This document shows positions 1 to 9,779 of a stretch of 64,000 nucleotides of DNA, in pieces (within the stretch, counting starts at the first letter, position 1; every line of letters begins with the position of its first letter). Source of the stretch: Candidatus Omnitrophota bacterium (GTDB lineage Bacteria > Omnitrophota > Gorgyraeia > Gygaellales > Profunditerraquicolaceae); contig JAQUOD010000007.1 in the NCBI GenBank assembly GCA_028717245.1, positions 16,988 through 80,987 of the forward strand, in the 5' to 3' direction. The position numbers and the translations under genes are program-made. Below the pieces are notes generated by a model. That model was given only the letters and a program-made list of their open reading frames with translations. It searched no databases and was not told where the DNA came from.

Positions 1-677
1 ATCGTATGTTCTATTGCATCGGGACTGTTAAGAAATTTATCCAGGAATTCCGTAGCTTTAGCGGATAATTCCACGCTGGAATTAAAAAATTTACCAAACA
101 TTCCTGGGGTTGCCGCTGGGTCATCAACAATATCGGAAGCGTAAACTTTGGTGAACCTGACTAAGGCGGGTAACTCATTCCCCTCTTCGTCTTTTTTCTT
201 TGTCCCATCTTCATTTAGCCGATATGCGAAGTCAGCGTCAAAAACTAAAGAAGAACCAAATGCGTCAGGATCGGTCTCAGCCAGATCCATAATATATGTT
301 GCCAGGTCCCCGTTAGGCGTGTTATGCGCCGTTTCATCGATATAAAGGTCTGCGCGGACGAGATCTCCATCCTTCCTGAAATTCTTTGCACGGCCCAAAA
401 ATGTCCCTAGGGCTTCACCGCTTATATTGGGATGGCCAAAACGCGATTTCAGGCCTATATTCTTCTGGTTACCCAGCTCAACAACCTGATCCAGGGAGAT
501 ATCATCCATTTCCCAGTCTCTTATATCCTGGTCATTGAGGGTGCCCTTTGCGATAACCGCATAGCCAAAAATGGCGCCTTTGCCTTTATCGTGCTTAAAA
601 TCCCTATCAACGCCCTTAACATTACCGGAATTTATTCCCCTGGCTATGTCAGCTCTTAAAAAACGCGTCTTTCCCAT
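1..677 (-). CDS. Phage prohead protease/scaffold-like head morphogenesis protein (partial; 3' end lies beyond window start)
   Basis: Minus-strand ORF from ATG at 677 (AGGGGG RBS ~8 nt upstream) reads MGKTRFLRADIARGINSGNVKGVDRDF... with no stop before position 1. It sits directly downstream of the portal gene, which is the lambda gpC/prohead-protease position. Not in the supplied ORF track because it runs off the window. Confidence 0.45.
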   Translation of the reverse strand, partial: MGKTRFLRADIARGINSGNVKGVDRDFKHDKGKGAIFGYAVIAKGTLNDQDIRDWEMDDISLDQVVELGNQKNIGLKSRFGHPNISGEALGTFLGRAKNFRKDGDLVRADLYIDETAHNTPNGDLATYIMDLAETDPDAFGSSLVFDADFAYRLNEDGTKKKDEEGNELPALVRFTKVYASDIVDDPAATPGMFGKFFNSSVELSAKATEFLDKFLNSPDAIEHT

Positions 678-824
678 GCGAGTACCCCCTTTTAAAGGTT
701 AACTTTCTTAACCTTGATGTTTTTTACTTCTTGCAGGCTGATAAGAAAAGTTTTTGGCTTAACCATTGCGTTTAAAGGCACAATAATTATCGGTATCAAA
801 GAAACTGAATGCTGTTTTTTATTA

Positions 825-2468
825 CTACTCTTCTTGGCCATTTGTCGGGACTTCCGGTGGAACTTTTTCCGGTTCAGGATCGGTTTCTTTATTCCCCGGC
901 TGCGATGATTGCGAGGGAGTCATATCGATTCCGTACTTTTCTTCGAGTTCTTTAATTTTTTTCTTTTCCCTGGCCCTTTGCACAAGAACTTCTTCCCAGT
1001 CATATCCCTGGCTGGCCACTTCTTCGGCCAGGGTAGATAAGCCGTTATCCACGGCCTTAATGGATGATTCTATTTCGTTCTTGGGGTCAACCCATTGCCA
1101 TCCGGGGCAGATCCAGCGCGTTTTTATATAAGATTCCCGGTTTGTATAAAAATCAAGGATGGGTAGTTCTCCCTTTAAATAAGCCTCTTCGATAAGCAGC
1201 TCTAAACAGGGCTGCCCGAATTTATCTGCGACAAATTTCTGCTGCATCATAAAGAATCTTCTGGCTTCAAGGAGCGCGCCCCTTAAGTTCGAATAATTTG
1301 ATTGCGAGAAATCTTTTGATAATACTTCATAGGGAATATTCAGGCCGGATGCGATATCCCTCAGGATCCTTACCATAAACGGCGCGAATGATCCTCCTGG
1401 ACGCTGCGGATTGAATGCAGAAATATCTTCACCGGGCTCAAGATATTCAAGTAACCCCGGGCTTAATTCTTCCTGTCGTTTTTCTGTAATAGAATCTTCC
1501 GTTGATCTCCCTACTGCAAATTCAGAGGCATTTTCTTTCTTGATAAATACCGCAAAGCAGGCAGCTACCCGGGCCGCGACAAGCTCTGCCTCCATATAAT
1601 CGAACCTGTCTTTAAATAAATTGATTACCGGGGCCATAAAAGGCTCGCCTCTTGTCTGCCCGGACCTTAGAAGATGATATAAATGGAAAAAATTCTTTGT
1701 TCCGTCAGAGCGTTCAGCTGGATAACGGTTATAATTACTTCTCATATTATTTCCCGTATATCTGCCGTATGTATAATCCCCGGGATGGATTTTTCTTATC
1801 CAATATGCAACTGGTTCGCCGTATTCCCCTATTTCTATACCCTTGCGGATATCTTTATTAGAAACCAAGTCCGAAGGCGTATCTAAACGGTCGGACTCAA
1901 CAGTTTGTAGGGCAAGACTATACAGCCTGTTCTTATTGGTGATTCTTAAGGGAATGATTATCGATTCGCCATTGACAAAGCGTTGGCGTTCTGATAATTC
2001 TTCCAGCTCATAATAATTTGACCGCTTGCCGGCATCGGCTATGGGCACCCAACGTCCCCAGATTTTCTCTATCTGGCGCTGAAGTTGGTCAGCGTATTCT
2101 TCATTGATCTTAAGCGTTTCCATATCCAGGCGGCTCTGGGGTTTAATTCCGGTCCCGATTATATTTGTAATAATGGTGTTTATGGCGCCTGAGGCTATAC
2201 CATCATTCCTTACGAGGTCCCGGCTCTTTTCTCTTAATTTAGAAAGGTCGGCTAATAAGTCCTCGTCCGCTGATCCGCCCCCGGGAATCCAGGACCCACG
2301 CAGCCTTCCGCCTTCCGCGCCGCGGTAAGAATTGAACATGCTCTTAGAAATAAACCTGAACCATCTGCGTTTTGCTGCGATAAAAGGAGAAAAGGCTCCG
2401 ACTATGTTATCTATTCCTTCGGAAAATTTTTCTCCAAAAGATTGTTTTGGTTCTCTTTTATTAATCAT
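825..2468 (-). CDS. Phage portal protein (lambda gpB-like)
   Basis: 547 aa. Sits in the terminase-gpW-portal-protease order typical of lambda-like head modules, with an acidic C-terminal tail. Confidence 0.65.
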   Translation of the reverse strand: MINKREPKQSFGEKFSEGIDNIVGAFSPFIAAKRRWFRFISKSMFNSYRGAEGGRLRGSWIPGGGSADEDLLADLSKLREKSRDLVRNDGIASGAINTIITNIIGTGIKPQSRLDMETLKINEEYADQLQRQIEKIWGRWVPIADAGKRSNYYELEELSERQRFVNGESIIIPLRITNKNRLYSLALQTVESDRLDTPSDLVSNKDIRKGIEIGEYGEPVAYWIRKIHPGDYTYGRYTGNNMRSNYNRYPAERSDGTKNFFHLYHLLRSGQTRGEPFMAPVINLFKDRFDYMEAELVAARVAACFAVFIKKENASEFAVGRSTEDSITEKRQEELSPGLLEYLEPGEDISAFNPQRPGGSFAPFMVRILRDIASGLNIPYEVLSKDFSQSNYSNLRGALLEARRFFMMQQKFVADKFGQPCLELLIEEAYLKGELPILDFYTNRESYIKTRWICPGWQWVDPKNEIESSIKAVDNGLSTLAEEVASQGYDWEEVLVQRAREKKKIKELEEKYGIDMTPSQSSQPGNKETDPEPEKVPPEVPTNGQEE

Positions 2469-2682
2469 CGGCGCCTACAAATTTGGCTTGAGTCTGGCCA
2501 GTACCGGCTGTATCGCTAATTTTCTTTTCTAATTTTCTTCTAAGATCCCACAATTCGGTTAATGTGAAGTATTGGAGGTTTCGGCCGTTAATGCCATAAG
2601 ATTGAACTGCTCCTCCGGTAATGCGGGCATTGATTGCTGTTTTTACTGCATCGAGCATTTCTTGATCGGTAGGTATGGCCAA
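2461..2682 (-). CDS. gpW-like head-tail joining protein
   Basis: 73 aa small ORF between large terminase and portal, the same position and size as lambda W. Sequence is helical and basic/acidic. Confidence 0.5.
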   Translation of the reverse strand: MAIPTDQEMLDAVKTAINARITGGAVQSYGINGRNLQYFTLTELWDLRRKLEKKISDTAGTGQTQAKFVGADD

Positions 2683-2760
2683 TTTTACCTCCTAAAAAAT
2701 GGTGGCAGGAGATGGTGAGGCACCTCACTGCCACCGCGCGGCACCGTCATGCCGCAAAAA

Positions 2761-2806
2761 CAAAAAAGGCAAAACGATGAATCGGCACCGATTTGCCTTT
2801 TTTTAT
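2761..2806. terminator. Bidirectional intrinsic terminator-like hairpin
   Basis: GGCAAAACGATGAATCGGCACCGATTTGCC hairpin flanked by an A-run upstream and a T-run downstream. Lies between the HNH gene stop and the gpW start. Confidence 0.4.
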
Positions 2807-2862
2807 AAATCCGGGGATCGGCCGGAAGTATTCCAGATTGTCTAATTATTATTTTAGAACTT

Positions 2863-3432
2863 TTATTTTAAAAACACAATAGGGTTATTCTGCGTTGCAG
2901 AACGACTTTTTTTATGTAATTTCAGATGTTCGGCGGTATTTTTACATAATTTCAAGTTTTCAAATCTATTATCAGAACGATTACCATTAAGATGGTGTAT
3001 AACTTCTTTTTTATGTAAGGACCGACCTAAATGTTTCTCTACAATTAAACGATGTTCCGCAATATATCCCCATAAATTAGCTGATGGGTGGTCTCTAGGA
3101 ACTTTAACCCAAATATAACCTTTATGATCTTTTATTCTCCCACCTTTCCAAAAAGGACTATTCTTTCCACTTACGCTTTCAATATATTTACGCCTTCGTT
3201 CTTGTGTAATTTTCTCTAATATTTTAGATGCTATTTTACAATCCCTTATAAACTCTTTATCACTTTGTTCAGCCTCTCTTGTCTTAAAATTATATTTGCA
3301 AATTTGGCATTTATAATAACGTATTGGCAGATAAGAACCATAGCAATGTACTTTCCTCGTTCCACATCTTGGACAAGTAACAGGTTTATATAATACGGTA
3401 TTATATATTTTCTTTACTTTATTGCGCCTCAT
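2863..3432 (-). CDS. HNH endonuclease with N-terminal zinc ribbon
   Basis: Zn-ribbon motif CPRCG...CYG...YYKCQICK. C-terminal HHLNGNRSDNRFENL is an HNH motif. An HNH gene next to the terminase is typical of cos/pac packaging modules. Confidence 0.75.
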   Translation of the reverse strand: MRRNKVKKIYNTVLYKPVTCPRCGTRKVHCYGSYLPIRYYKCQICKYNFKTREAEQSDKEFIRDCKIASKILEKITQERRRKYIESVSGKNSPFWKGGRIKDHKGYIWVKVPRDHPSANLWGYIAEHRLIVEKHLGRSLHKKEVIHHLNGNRSDNRFENLKLCKNTAEHLKLHKKSRSATQNNPIVFLK

Positions 3433-3712
3433 TTATATTATTTCTTTCGAAGGCCTTAAATTTAGCTCCACATTTACATTTATAATATCGCGTATCTCCC
3501 TCCGTACCATAGCATCTTATTTTTTTATTTCCGCAAACAGGGCATTTGGGTAGAATAAAAATTACTCCTTTGGCATAGCTATTATTATAATTAATTTTTT
3601 TGCTATCAGCAATAGAAACGATTTGTGTTTCGGGTTGCTTGGTGATAATACGCCGTTCACGCCTTTTAGAATGCGGTATCCATTGTTCTCGTCTTTCTAT
3701 CCAACTACCCAT
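3419..3712 (-). CDS. Zinc-ribbon protein, paralogous to the N-terminal domain of the adjacent HNH endonuclease
   Basis: CPVCGNKKIRCYG...YYKCKCGAKF has the same Cys spacing as the downstream gene. It has no HNH motif and overlaps the next ORF by 14 nt. Confidence 0.45.
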   Translation of the reverse strand: MGSWIERREQWIPHSKRRERRIITKQPETQIVSIADSKKINYNNSYAKGVIFILPKCPVCGNKKIRCYGTEGDTRYYKCKCGAKFKAFERNNINEAQ

Positions 3713-4038
3713 CCTTACCCGGCCTTTTTGTACTATAATTATAGCAACCAGAATAAAATTATTGCGCTTATAAAGAATGCGATTGACAGACTATTTACAA
3801 AGAAAACGATATCTCCTTGAACCCTATAATATTTTTTTATCCATAGTCTTGTCCGTAGCGACCCTGATTGGAATTCTTTTCGTAATTTTAAAAAAGTTCG
3901 TTCATCCAGTAGTAATTTATTTATTTTCCTTTGTAACAGTATGTAGATTAATAATAGGCTTGTTAATATTGTCCTCATTATTTCTATCTTTTGCATGCCT
4001 CCTCCTTTTTAAGAAAAATAGGTGGTATTACCCTGGGC

Positions 4039-5940
4039 TCAGCCATTACGTTTTATCCAGTTTGGTTTTTTCCCTATCCAACTTTCTGGTTTTTTCCCGG
4101 GATCATGGTTTATTATTTCTGTCTGGGGTTTTGGCCTATCTTCTTCTTTTAAAGTAAATACCCGCATCATTTCGGCCGCGGCCATGGCGTATACTTCCGC
4201 ATCCCAGTAATGAGCTTGGGCGTGAGATGAAACCGGCTCCCAAACTTCATAGGTCCTGCCGGTCTTCCGATCACGCTTAATAATCTTATGCTCACCACAA
4301 AACCATCTAAAATACTCTTCGGATGGTTCTTTATGCAAATGCCATGTTGGCGAAGCATGCTCAGTGTGTACAAAGAAACTGATTTTGTCTTTAAAATAGT
4401 TGGTATCAAGGAACCAAAGCTTAAGGCCTCCTTTAATATGCTTCCCATCAGGATATTTATCAATAGTCGCCATCTTATAGGGAACGCCAGTAATTTGATC
4501 CTTCCCTTTAATAGCCCTTGTTAAGGTCGGATATTGACGACAAAAATTATATACTTCACCAGTGCGATAACCGGTATCAAAACAGGTTAACCGCACGCTA
4601 AAAGGCTCAATCCCGGGGATCACTGAGGGATATTGGGTTTTAAATAATATATTCTCAACCTCATTCCAATCATTAACTTTTTCTTCAAGAATTAGCCAAG
4701 ATTGAGGATATGCCCCCCAGGCGCGAATTATTACAATAAAATAATCTTTCTGCATATCAACTCCACCAAACAAGACAATAGCGCCATCAGGGACCGTACC
4801 GCGAGCATAGTCTCCACATAGAATTTTTAATTTTTCCGGTTTTGTTTCTATAGCTTTCTCTTCCCATACCTGGGCAAGCCAGCTGTTGATAAAATTCATT
4901 AACAATTCCGGTCGGTCATGCGAATCAATAAATTCAGCCGTAACATCAGAAAATGTTAACCATGGGGAATATAGCGCATTAAGATGAAAACCTACGTGGG
5001 AGACCTGCGGAAAATCCAATTTATCCGGCAACTGGTCCTTTACATCTAACTTTACTGCTGCGGGGATCCATTTGCCCTTCAAAAGCATATCCTGTTTCAT
5101 TAAATCAGTTATTTTCCCCTGACAATACTCACATTCATACCAGGCAAGGCGCTCCTGCCGGATACGCTCAGGATCTCTTTCCTCTTTAGGGAATTTTACA
5201 TGGTGTTCAAACTCTAATACCTGGTATCCTCCACAATATGGACAGGGCACATAATAACTTCTTTTGTCTGAATGCTCATATTCTCTGTAAATATATCCGT
5301 TTTTTGTTGTAGGGGTTGAGCAATCAATGCTCTTTCTATTCCAGAAGGTATGCGTTCTTTCATTGGATAACTTTATCGGATCGGCCTCTTCTCCTGAAAA
5401 CTTAGGATATTTATCCACTTCATCGCGGAAAACATATCTTACCGGCTTTCCAGAAAGAGCTGCAGGGCTATTGGCTCCGGCAAAGTAGATAAACATCCGA
5501 TTCAATCTCATTTCGAGCTTTGTGATATCATCTGAATCATTTGTAAGATGCTTACTCAGTTCTGGAGAAACCTCAATCATCGGACGAATTCTGCTCTTTG
5601 ATATATATTTGGCATCGGGTTCGCGCGGCATAACTACTAATGCGGGGGCCGGATCCTGGTCTATTATATAAGCCAGCATGTTTAACCATGATTCTGTTTT
5701 ACCTACCTGGGTACAAGACATAATCGTAATTTTCTCTACCAAGGGATTATTAAAAGAATCCATTATCCCGCGCAAATAGGGAGTGCGGTCCGTTCGCCAT
5801 TGCCCCGGTTCGGCAGAAATCATCGGGTCAAGCTTGCGGTATTTATCCGCCCATTGAGATACTGTCAGTTCGTTGGGGATCTGCCAGGCGCTACGAACTG
5901 CTGGCGTCCAAAGCTTTAATGTTGCCAGTTGGGTTTCCAT
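4039..5940 (-). CDS. Phage terminase large subunit (GpA-like)
   Basis: 633 aa. Walker A-like QVGKTES near the N-terminus, a C-terminal nuclease-like region, and lambda-like gene order. Confidence 0.85.
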   Translation of the reverse strand: METQLATLKLWTPAVRSAWQIPNELTVSQWADKYRKLDPMISAEPGQWRTDRTPYLRGIMDSFNNPLVEKITIMSCTQVGKTESWLNMLAYIIDQDPAPALVVMPREPDAKYISKSRIRPMIEVSPELSKHLTNDSDDITKLEMRLNRMFIYFAGANSPAALSGKPVRYVFRDEVDKYPKFSGEEADPIKLSNERTHTFWNRKSIDCSTPTTKNGYIYREYEHSDKRSYYVPCPYCGGYQVLEFEHHVKFPKEERDPERIRQERLAWYECEYCQGKITDLMKQDMLLKGKWIPAAVKLDVKDQLPDKLDFPQVSHVGFHLNALYSPWLTFSDVTAEFIDSHDRPELLMNFINSWLAQVWEEKAIETKPEKLKILCGDYARGTVPDGAIVLFGGVDMQKDYFIVIIRAWGAYPQSWLILEEKVNDWNEVENILFKTQYPSVIPGIEPFSVRLTCFDTGYRTGEVYNFCRQYPTLTRAIKGKDQITGVPYKMATIDKYPDGKHIKGGLKLWFLDTNYFKDKISFFVHTEHASPTWHLHKEPSEEYFRWFCGEHKIIKRDRKTGRTYEVWEPVSSHAQAHYWDAEVYAMAAAEMMRVFTLKEEDRPKPQTEIINHDPGKKPESWIGKKPNWIKRNG

Positions 5941-6655
5941 TCTTTATCCTATTAACTAAGGCCTTACCATCAGCAATTGCTTCGATTACCTCTTTAATGC
6001 GTGCGGTAAGTAAGGCGTCTATCTTCCGTGCCTCAAGGCCTACGAGCTGGGGTGCCACCTGCTGGGGAAGCGCAAGGAGCGCACGTTTAATGCCTATGCT
6101 GATTTGAATAAGCTCTTTTTCCACAATATCCCTAGGGATAAGCTCGCCTATTACTTTCTTTAACGCTATTTCTGCTAATTTGGCCTTATATTCGCGATAT
6201 GTTGCGTCAGCTGTGTCTTTTCTATCTTGTAAATTATTCTTTTTTCCTGATTTGTTGTTTCTACGTTTCTTAAATTCTCTCCATGCGCGGATATCGAGAA
6301 GGTCATATTTCTTATCAGGAGTGATTGGCATGCCATCCTTAACCCAGCGTTCTACTGTTCGCCAAGCTACTCCAAAGATTTTAGCGACTTTTTCACGGCT
6401 ATCGACAACACCTGGAGTTGCGGGATCTCCTTCGTATCTCTCTAATTCGTGGATTTCGGCCTTGGAAAGGGTGGGTGTGGCAGATTTTCCTCTGGCGAGC
6501 TTCTCAACCAAATGTAGGTGTCTGCGCTTTTTGGCCATTTCAATAAGATTGGGTTTAAGCTTAACTTGTTCTTCCATCTCCACATGATAGGCATTGACAA
6601 ATAAAAAACTACCGCTTAAAATGCCTCTTAGCGCATAAGCGGCTGGAAAAACCAC
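5891..6655 (-). CDS. Phage terminase small subunit (Nu1-like winged HTH); true start probably an internal Met
   Basis: KIFGVAWRTVERWVKDGMP matches the Nu1 DNA-binding HTH (IFG...RTI..W...GMP). The gene is immediately upstream of TerL and overlaps it by 50 nt. Confidence 0.6.
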   Translation of the reverse strand: MVFPAAYALRGILSGSFLFVNAYHVEMEEQVKLKPNLIEMAKKRRHLHLVEKLARGKSATPTLSKAEIHELERYEGDPATPGVVDSREKVAKIFGVAWRTVERWVKDGMPITPDKKYDLLDIRAWREFKKRRNNKSGKKNNLQDRKDTADATYREYKAKLAEIALKKVIGELIPRDIVEKELIQISIGIKRALLALPQQVAPQLVGLEARKIDALLTARIKEVIEAIADGKALVNRIKNGNPTGNIKALDASSS

Positions 6656-6771
6656 ATGCCATTATCATGTGGTGGCTCGGTATTACTTATCGGGCCCGGC
6701 CGCCCATATTTTTATAAAGACTTTTTGCCTCCACTTTGTGCATCCCTGCTCGGTTTGCGTGGAGGATTTTC

Positions 6772-6993
6772 TTACTTCTCGACAAAATAGAAACCGTGAG
6801 CTTCATTATTTTCATTTTTTCTCGACAAAGAAGTCACGTGTTCTATTTGCCTACCGTAGGAATCTTCACGCCCGGGGTCATTACTCACAATCACGATATT
6901 AATTAATTCTTGATTGTGAACGTGCTGAACCAAAGCATTCCGTTCCTGTCTGACGGTATCAACATAAAGCACTGCATCGCCGATTTTAACCAT
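6772..6993 (-). CDS. Hypothetical phage protein
   Basis: 73 aa ORF in the phage region with no recognisable motif. Confidence 0.3.
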   Translation of the reverse strand: MVKIGDAVLYVDTVRQERNALVQHVHNQELINIVIVSNDPGREDSYGRQIEHVTSLSRKNENNEAHGFYFVEK

Positions 6994-6997
6994 ATTC

Positions 6998-8290
6998 TCA
7001 CCTCCTTTCAGCTTTCTTTCCTGTAAATTCTTCCCACCTGCGTACTGCTACATCGCAAAATACAGGCTCTAGTTCCATAGCAAAACATCTTCGATTGAGC
7101 CTCTCAGCTGCTATAATCTGTGAACCGGACCCGCTAAACGGCTCATAGCAAATATCCCCTGGCTTTGTATGCACTCGCATAGGAATCGCAAAAATTTCAG
7201 TAGGTTTAACTGTAGGATGCTCTAGCCCGGTATTACGTTTCTTTCCTTCCCAGTCCACTTCCCAGATATCACTATAATATTCAGGGCTTTCCGGATCCCC
7301 TATGCGTAACAAACCCACAACCCATACCGAACCTATTTTGCTTTGAGAAACCTTAAAATAGGGCTTATTACCTTGCTGCCAACCAAAAAGACAAGGTTCA
7401 TGCCCCCAGGGGTAAATTGAATAAGTTAGGACCGTGGCCGGCTTCTTCCAGATAATATGTTGATGGACCAATATATTTAACTCGTGAAGGATCTTAAGGA
7501 TAAGTTCAATCCGCTTAGAGGCATGCCAAAGATAAATTGCTGCATTTTTATCTACATGCTTTAAACCGATAGAATAAAAATCCCTTAGGAATTGTTCGGC
7601 ATTGGGGATATCCACCTCATGATAAACACCGGACCAGTCTTTTCCACCCCCTTCTGGACGATTAGCTCCGGTATAATCCACCATATAGGGCGGATCCGTA
7701 GCAAATAACTGCGCTTTTTGGCCATCCATAAGCCGCGCCACATCCGCTTCGTTAGTGCTGCTGCCGCATAAAAGCCGATGGTCACCAAGGATCCATAGAT
7801 CCCCAAGCTTAGTTATGGCTTCCTTAGGAGCTGGAGGGATATCATCAGGAAGCGTATTCCCAAGATTTTCGGTTTCAAGCTCTGCGCATTCTTCGCGCAG
7901 CTGTTTAAGCCGCAAGTTGAGGTAATCATCAGGCATCTCCTGGCGTAAACGCTCTAAAATCGGTATAAGTGCCTGCGTCCAGTATCCAGCGATTGCCTGG
8001 TTATTAAGCGTGATATTCATGGTCTGCTGCATTAAATCATCAACATCCACCATAATACAGGTTACGGTCTCAATACCCTCAGTCTGTAAAATCTTGAGCC
8101 GTTGGTGGCCGGCAACCAATTCCATGTTGCGCTTATTGACTATCAAGAGGTCAACATAGCCAAATCTTTCTAGACTGGACCGTAAGCCAGACAGTGCTTC
8201 ATCGGTAATATCACGTGGGTTACCTATGTAGGATTTTATATCTGATATATTTATTTCCTGAATGTCAGGTTTGATATTAATTTTAGCCAT
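6998..8290 (-). CDS. ParB-like nuclease domain fused to an N6-adenine/N4-cytosine DNA methyltransferase
   Basis: N-terminal ParB/Srx-like region. It carries a DPPY motif (LFATDPPYMVDY) and motif I (EPFSGSGSQ). This is a common phage orphan methyltransferase architecture. Confidence 0.8.
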   Translation of the reverse strand: MAKINIKPDIQEINISDIKSYIGNPRDITDEALSGLRSSLERFGYVDLLIVNKRNMELVAGHQRLKILQTEGIETVTCIMVDVDDLMQQTMNITLNNQAIAGYWTQALIPILERLRQEMPDDYLNLRLKQLREECAELETENLGNTLPDDIPPAPKEAITKLGDLWILGDHRLLCGSSTNEADVARLMDGQKAQLFATDPPYMVDYTGANRPEGGGKDWSGVYHEVDIPNAEQFLRDFYSIGLKHVDKNAAIYLWHASKRIELILKILHELNILVHQHIIWKKPATVLTYSIYPWGHEPCLFGWQQGNKPYFKVSQSKIGSVWVVGLLRIGDPESPEYYSDIWEVDWEGKKRNTGLEHPTVKPTEIFAIPMRVHTKPGDICYEPFSGSGSQIIAAERLNRRCFAMELEPVFCDVAVRRWEEFTGKKAERR

Positions 8291-8394
8291 ATTTTTTCTC
8301 GTTTTACCGTCGGGTCAGATTATTTCACGTGGAATAATATTTATGACCCTGACATCCCGAAAAAATGAGTTTACCATCAGAAAGTCCGAGCACT

Positions 8395-8661
8395 TCAGCT
8401 GACCCTCGAGTACCGACGCCCGTCGGAAGGACCCATAATTTCATAATATAAATTCAATAACGACTTCGGGTCTTGTGATACAGCGCGCATATATCGATGA
8501 CGCACTGCTCTCCCCACTCCTTGTTTACTAAGAACATAATTAAAAGCATTTAGCATAATAATAGTATGCTCAATCATCTTTAAAACTTTACGATGCTCTC
8601 TCCATTGTCTAAATCGTTTAAAGATATTCATTTTAAAATAACTGTAACTGTTTACCTTCAT
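8395..8661 (-). CDS. Hypothetical phage protein
   Basis: 88 aa ORF in a tight co-directional array of small phage ORFs. Confidence 0.3.
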   Translation of the reverse strand: MKVNSYSYFKMNIFKRFRQWREHRKVLKMIEHTIIMLNAFNYVLSKQGVGRAVRHRYMRAVSQDPKSLLNLYYEIMGPSDGRRYSRVS

Positions 8662-8866
8662 CGGGAAAGACTATCCTATCTTTACTAAACTTTTTAAGTA
8701 ATGCTTTGCTCATCTGCGTAGTATTGTCTTGTGCTTGCTTTAAACCAGCGCCGTGATTATGTCCTCCACATACGCATATACATTTTGAATCTAATGCTTC
8801 ATAACACTTAGCATCGCATCTACCTACTAAGCCGCTACTATTCCTTATTTCAATTAGTGTTGCCAT
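8633..8866 (-). CDS. Hypothetical Cys-rich small phage protein
   Basis: CDAKCY...CICVCGGHNHG is a putative metal-binding cluster. Confidence 0.35.
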   Translation of the reverse strand: MATLIEIRNSSGLVGRCDAKCYEALDSKCICVCGGHNHGAGLKQAQDNTTQMSKALLKKFSKDRIVFPDEGKQLQLF

Positions 8867-9080
8867 CAGCTAACTTAGGTTTAAGTTTTACTTCTGCATA
8901 TACTACAGGTTTAACAAGCAATAGGTGGCTTACTTTGGATGGTTGATTTGGGATTAGAAGCTTTTCTTCTTTGACAAAAGTAATATCAATAGCTGTTCCT
9001 TCCTTCATTAAGTCATGCAATCTAACAGCGTGCTTTCCTATCTCGTTTAAGATATCTCGCAATTCTTCTTTATCAGACAT
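8850..9080 (-). CDS. Hypothetical phage protein
   Basis: 76 aa, packed against its neighbours with overlaps. Confidence 0.3.
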   Translation of the reverse strand: MSDKEELRDILNEIGKHAVRLHDLMKEGTAIDITFVKEEKLLIPNQPSKVSHLLLVKPVVYAEVKLKPKLADGNTN

Positions 9081-9081
9081 A

Positions 9082-9294
9082 TTATTTCCTCCGCAGCGAC
9101 TCTATAAAATTTATTATGTCCTTTAAACATCCTGAACTAAATACGCAATCAGATTCGGGAAAAAAGCAATATTGCCTCCAAGGCCCATACCATTCGATAT
9201 ATCCAATAATAGCTTGCGACTTTATATTCCTTACTTCATAAACTGCTGTCTTAGGTTTTTGGAAAACAATAGTGAATTTTATATATTTACTCAT
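9082..9294 (-). CDS. Hypothetical phage protein
   Basis: 70 aa ORF, co-oriented with its neighbours. Confidence 0.3.
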   Translation of the reverse strand: MSKYIKFTIVFQKPKTAVYEVRNIKSQAIIGYIEWYGPWRQYCFFPESDCVFSSGCLKDIINFIESLRRK

Positions 9295-9296
9295 TC

Positions 9297-9533
9297 TTAT
9301 CTCTTATCCTCCAAGGCTATAAATCCTTTCTGTTCAATCTTCTCATAAAGTGTCTGTCCGGATATCGTCATTTGAATATAAGGCATAAAGACTTCTTGAA
9401 TCTTAACCATATTAGTTTCAACTAAGGCCATCTGCGCCTCTACCCACCGCAAGATCTGTCTCCAAGCTACGCGTTTGGCTTGCTGAGCAATCTTATTGTT
9501 ATTTCTCAAACGCTTCCTCCGCGAGGATAACAT
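9297..9533 (-). CDS. Hypothetical phage protein (basic N-terminus)
   Basis: 78 aa ORF. Confidence 0.3.
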   Translation of the reverse strand: MLSSRRKRLRNNNKIAQQAKRVAWRQILRWVEAQMALVETNMVKIQEVFMPYIQMTISGQTLYEKIEQKGFIALEDKR

Positions 9534-9548
9534 TCTATCTATTGCTTC

Positions 9549-9779
9549 TCACCGGCAGGGCAACCGAAAGGGAATATCTTTACCATTAACATCGATCTTG
9601 AAGGCAACTCCGATAACTTCTCCCTTAGCGTATTCTGTTAAGATTCCCCCAGCGCCATATTTGCCTAAAATCCTTTGAATCTCTGCTACTGTCTGTTCAG
9701 GTTCAATCTTAGTTGTTTCCATAAATAAAGTTTTCATTTCAGCTTCTCCGAGAATTCCTGCCTTAATTCTTCTTTCCAT
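9549..9779 (-). CDS. Hypothetical phage protein
   Basis: 76 aa ORF. Confidence 0.3.
   Translation of the reverse strand: MERRIKAGILGEAEMKTLFMETTKIEPEQTVAEIQRILGKYGAGGILTEYAKGEVIGVAFKIDVNGKDIPFRLPCR

Noticed and set aside
3739-4157. ORFs 3739-3996 (-) and 3777-4157 (+) in the AT-rich gap downstream of the large terminase
   Set aside because: They are low-complexity and lack an RBS. The plus ORF overlaps the terminase on the opposite strand, so they are treated as non-coding.
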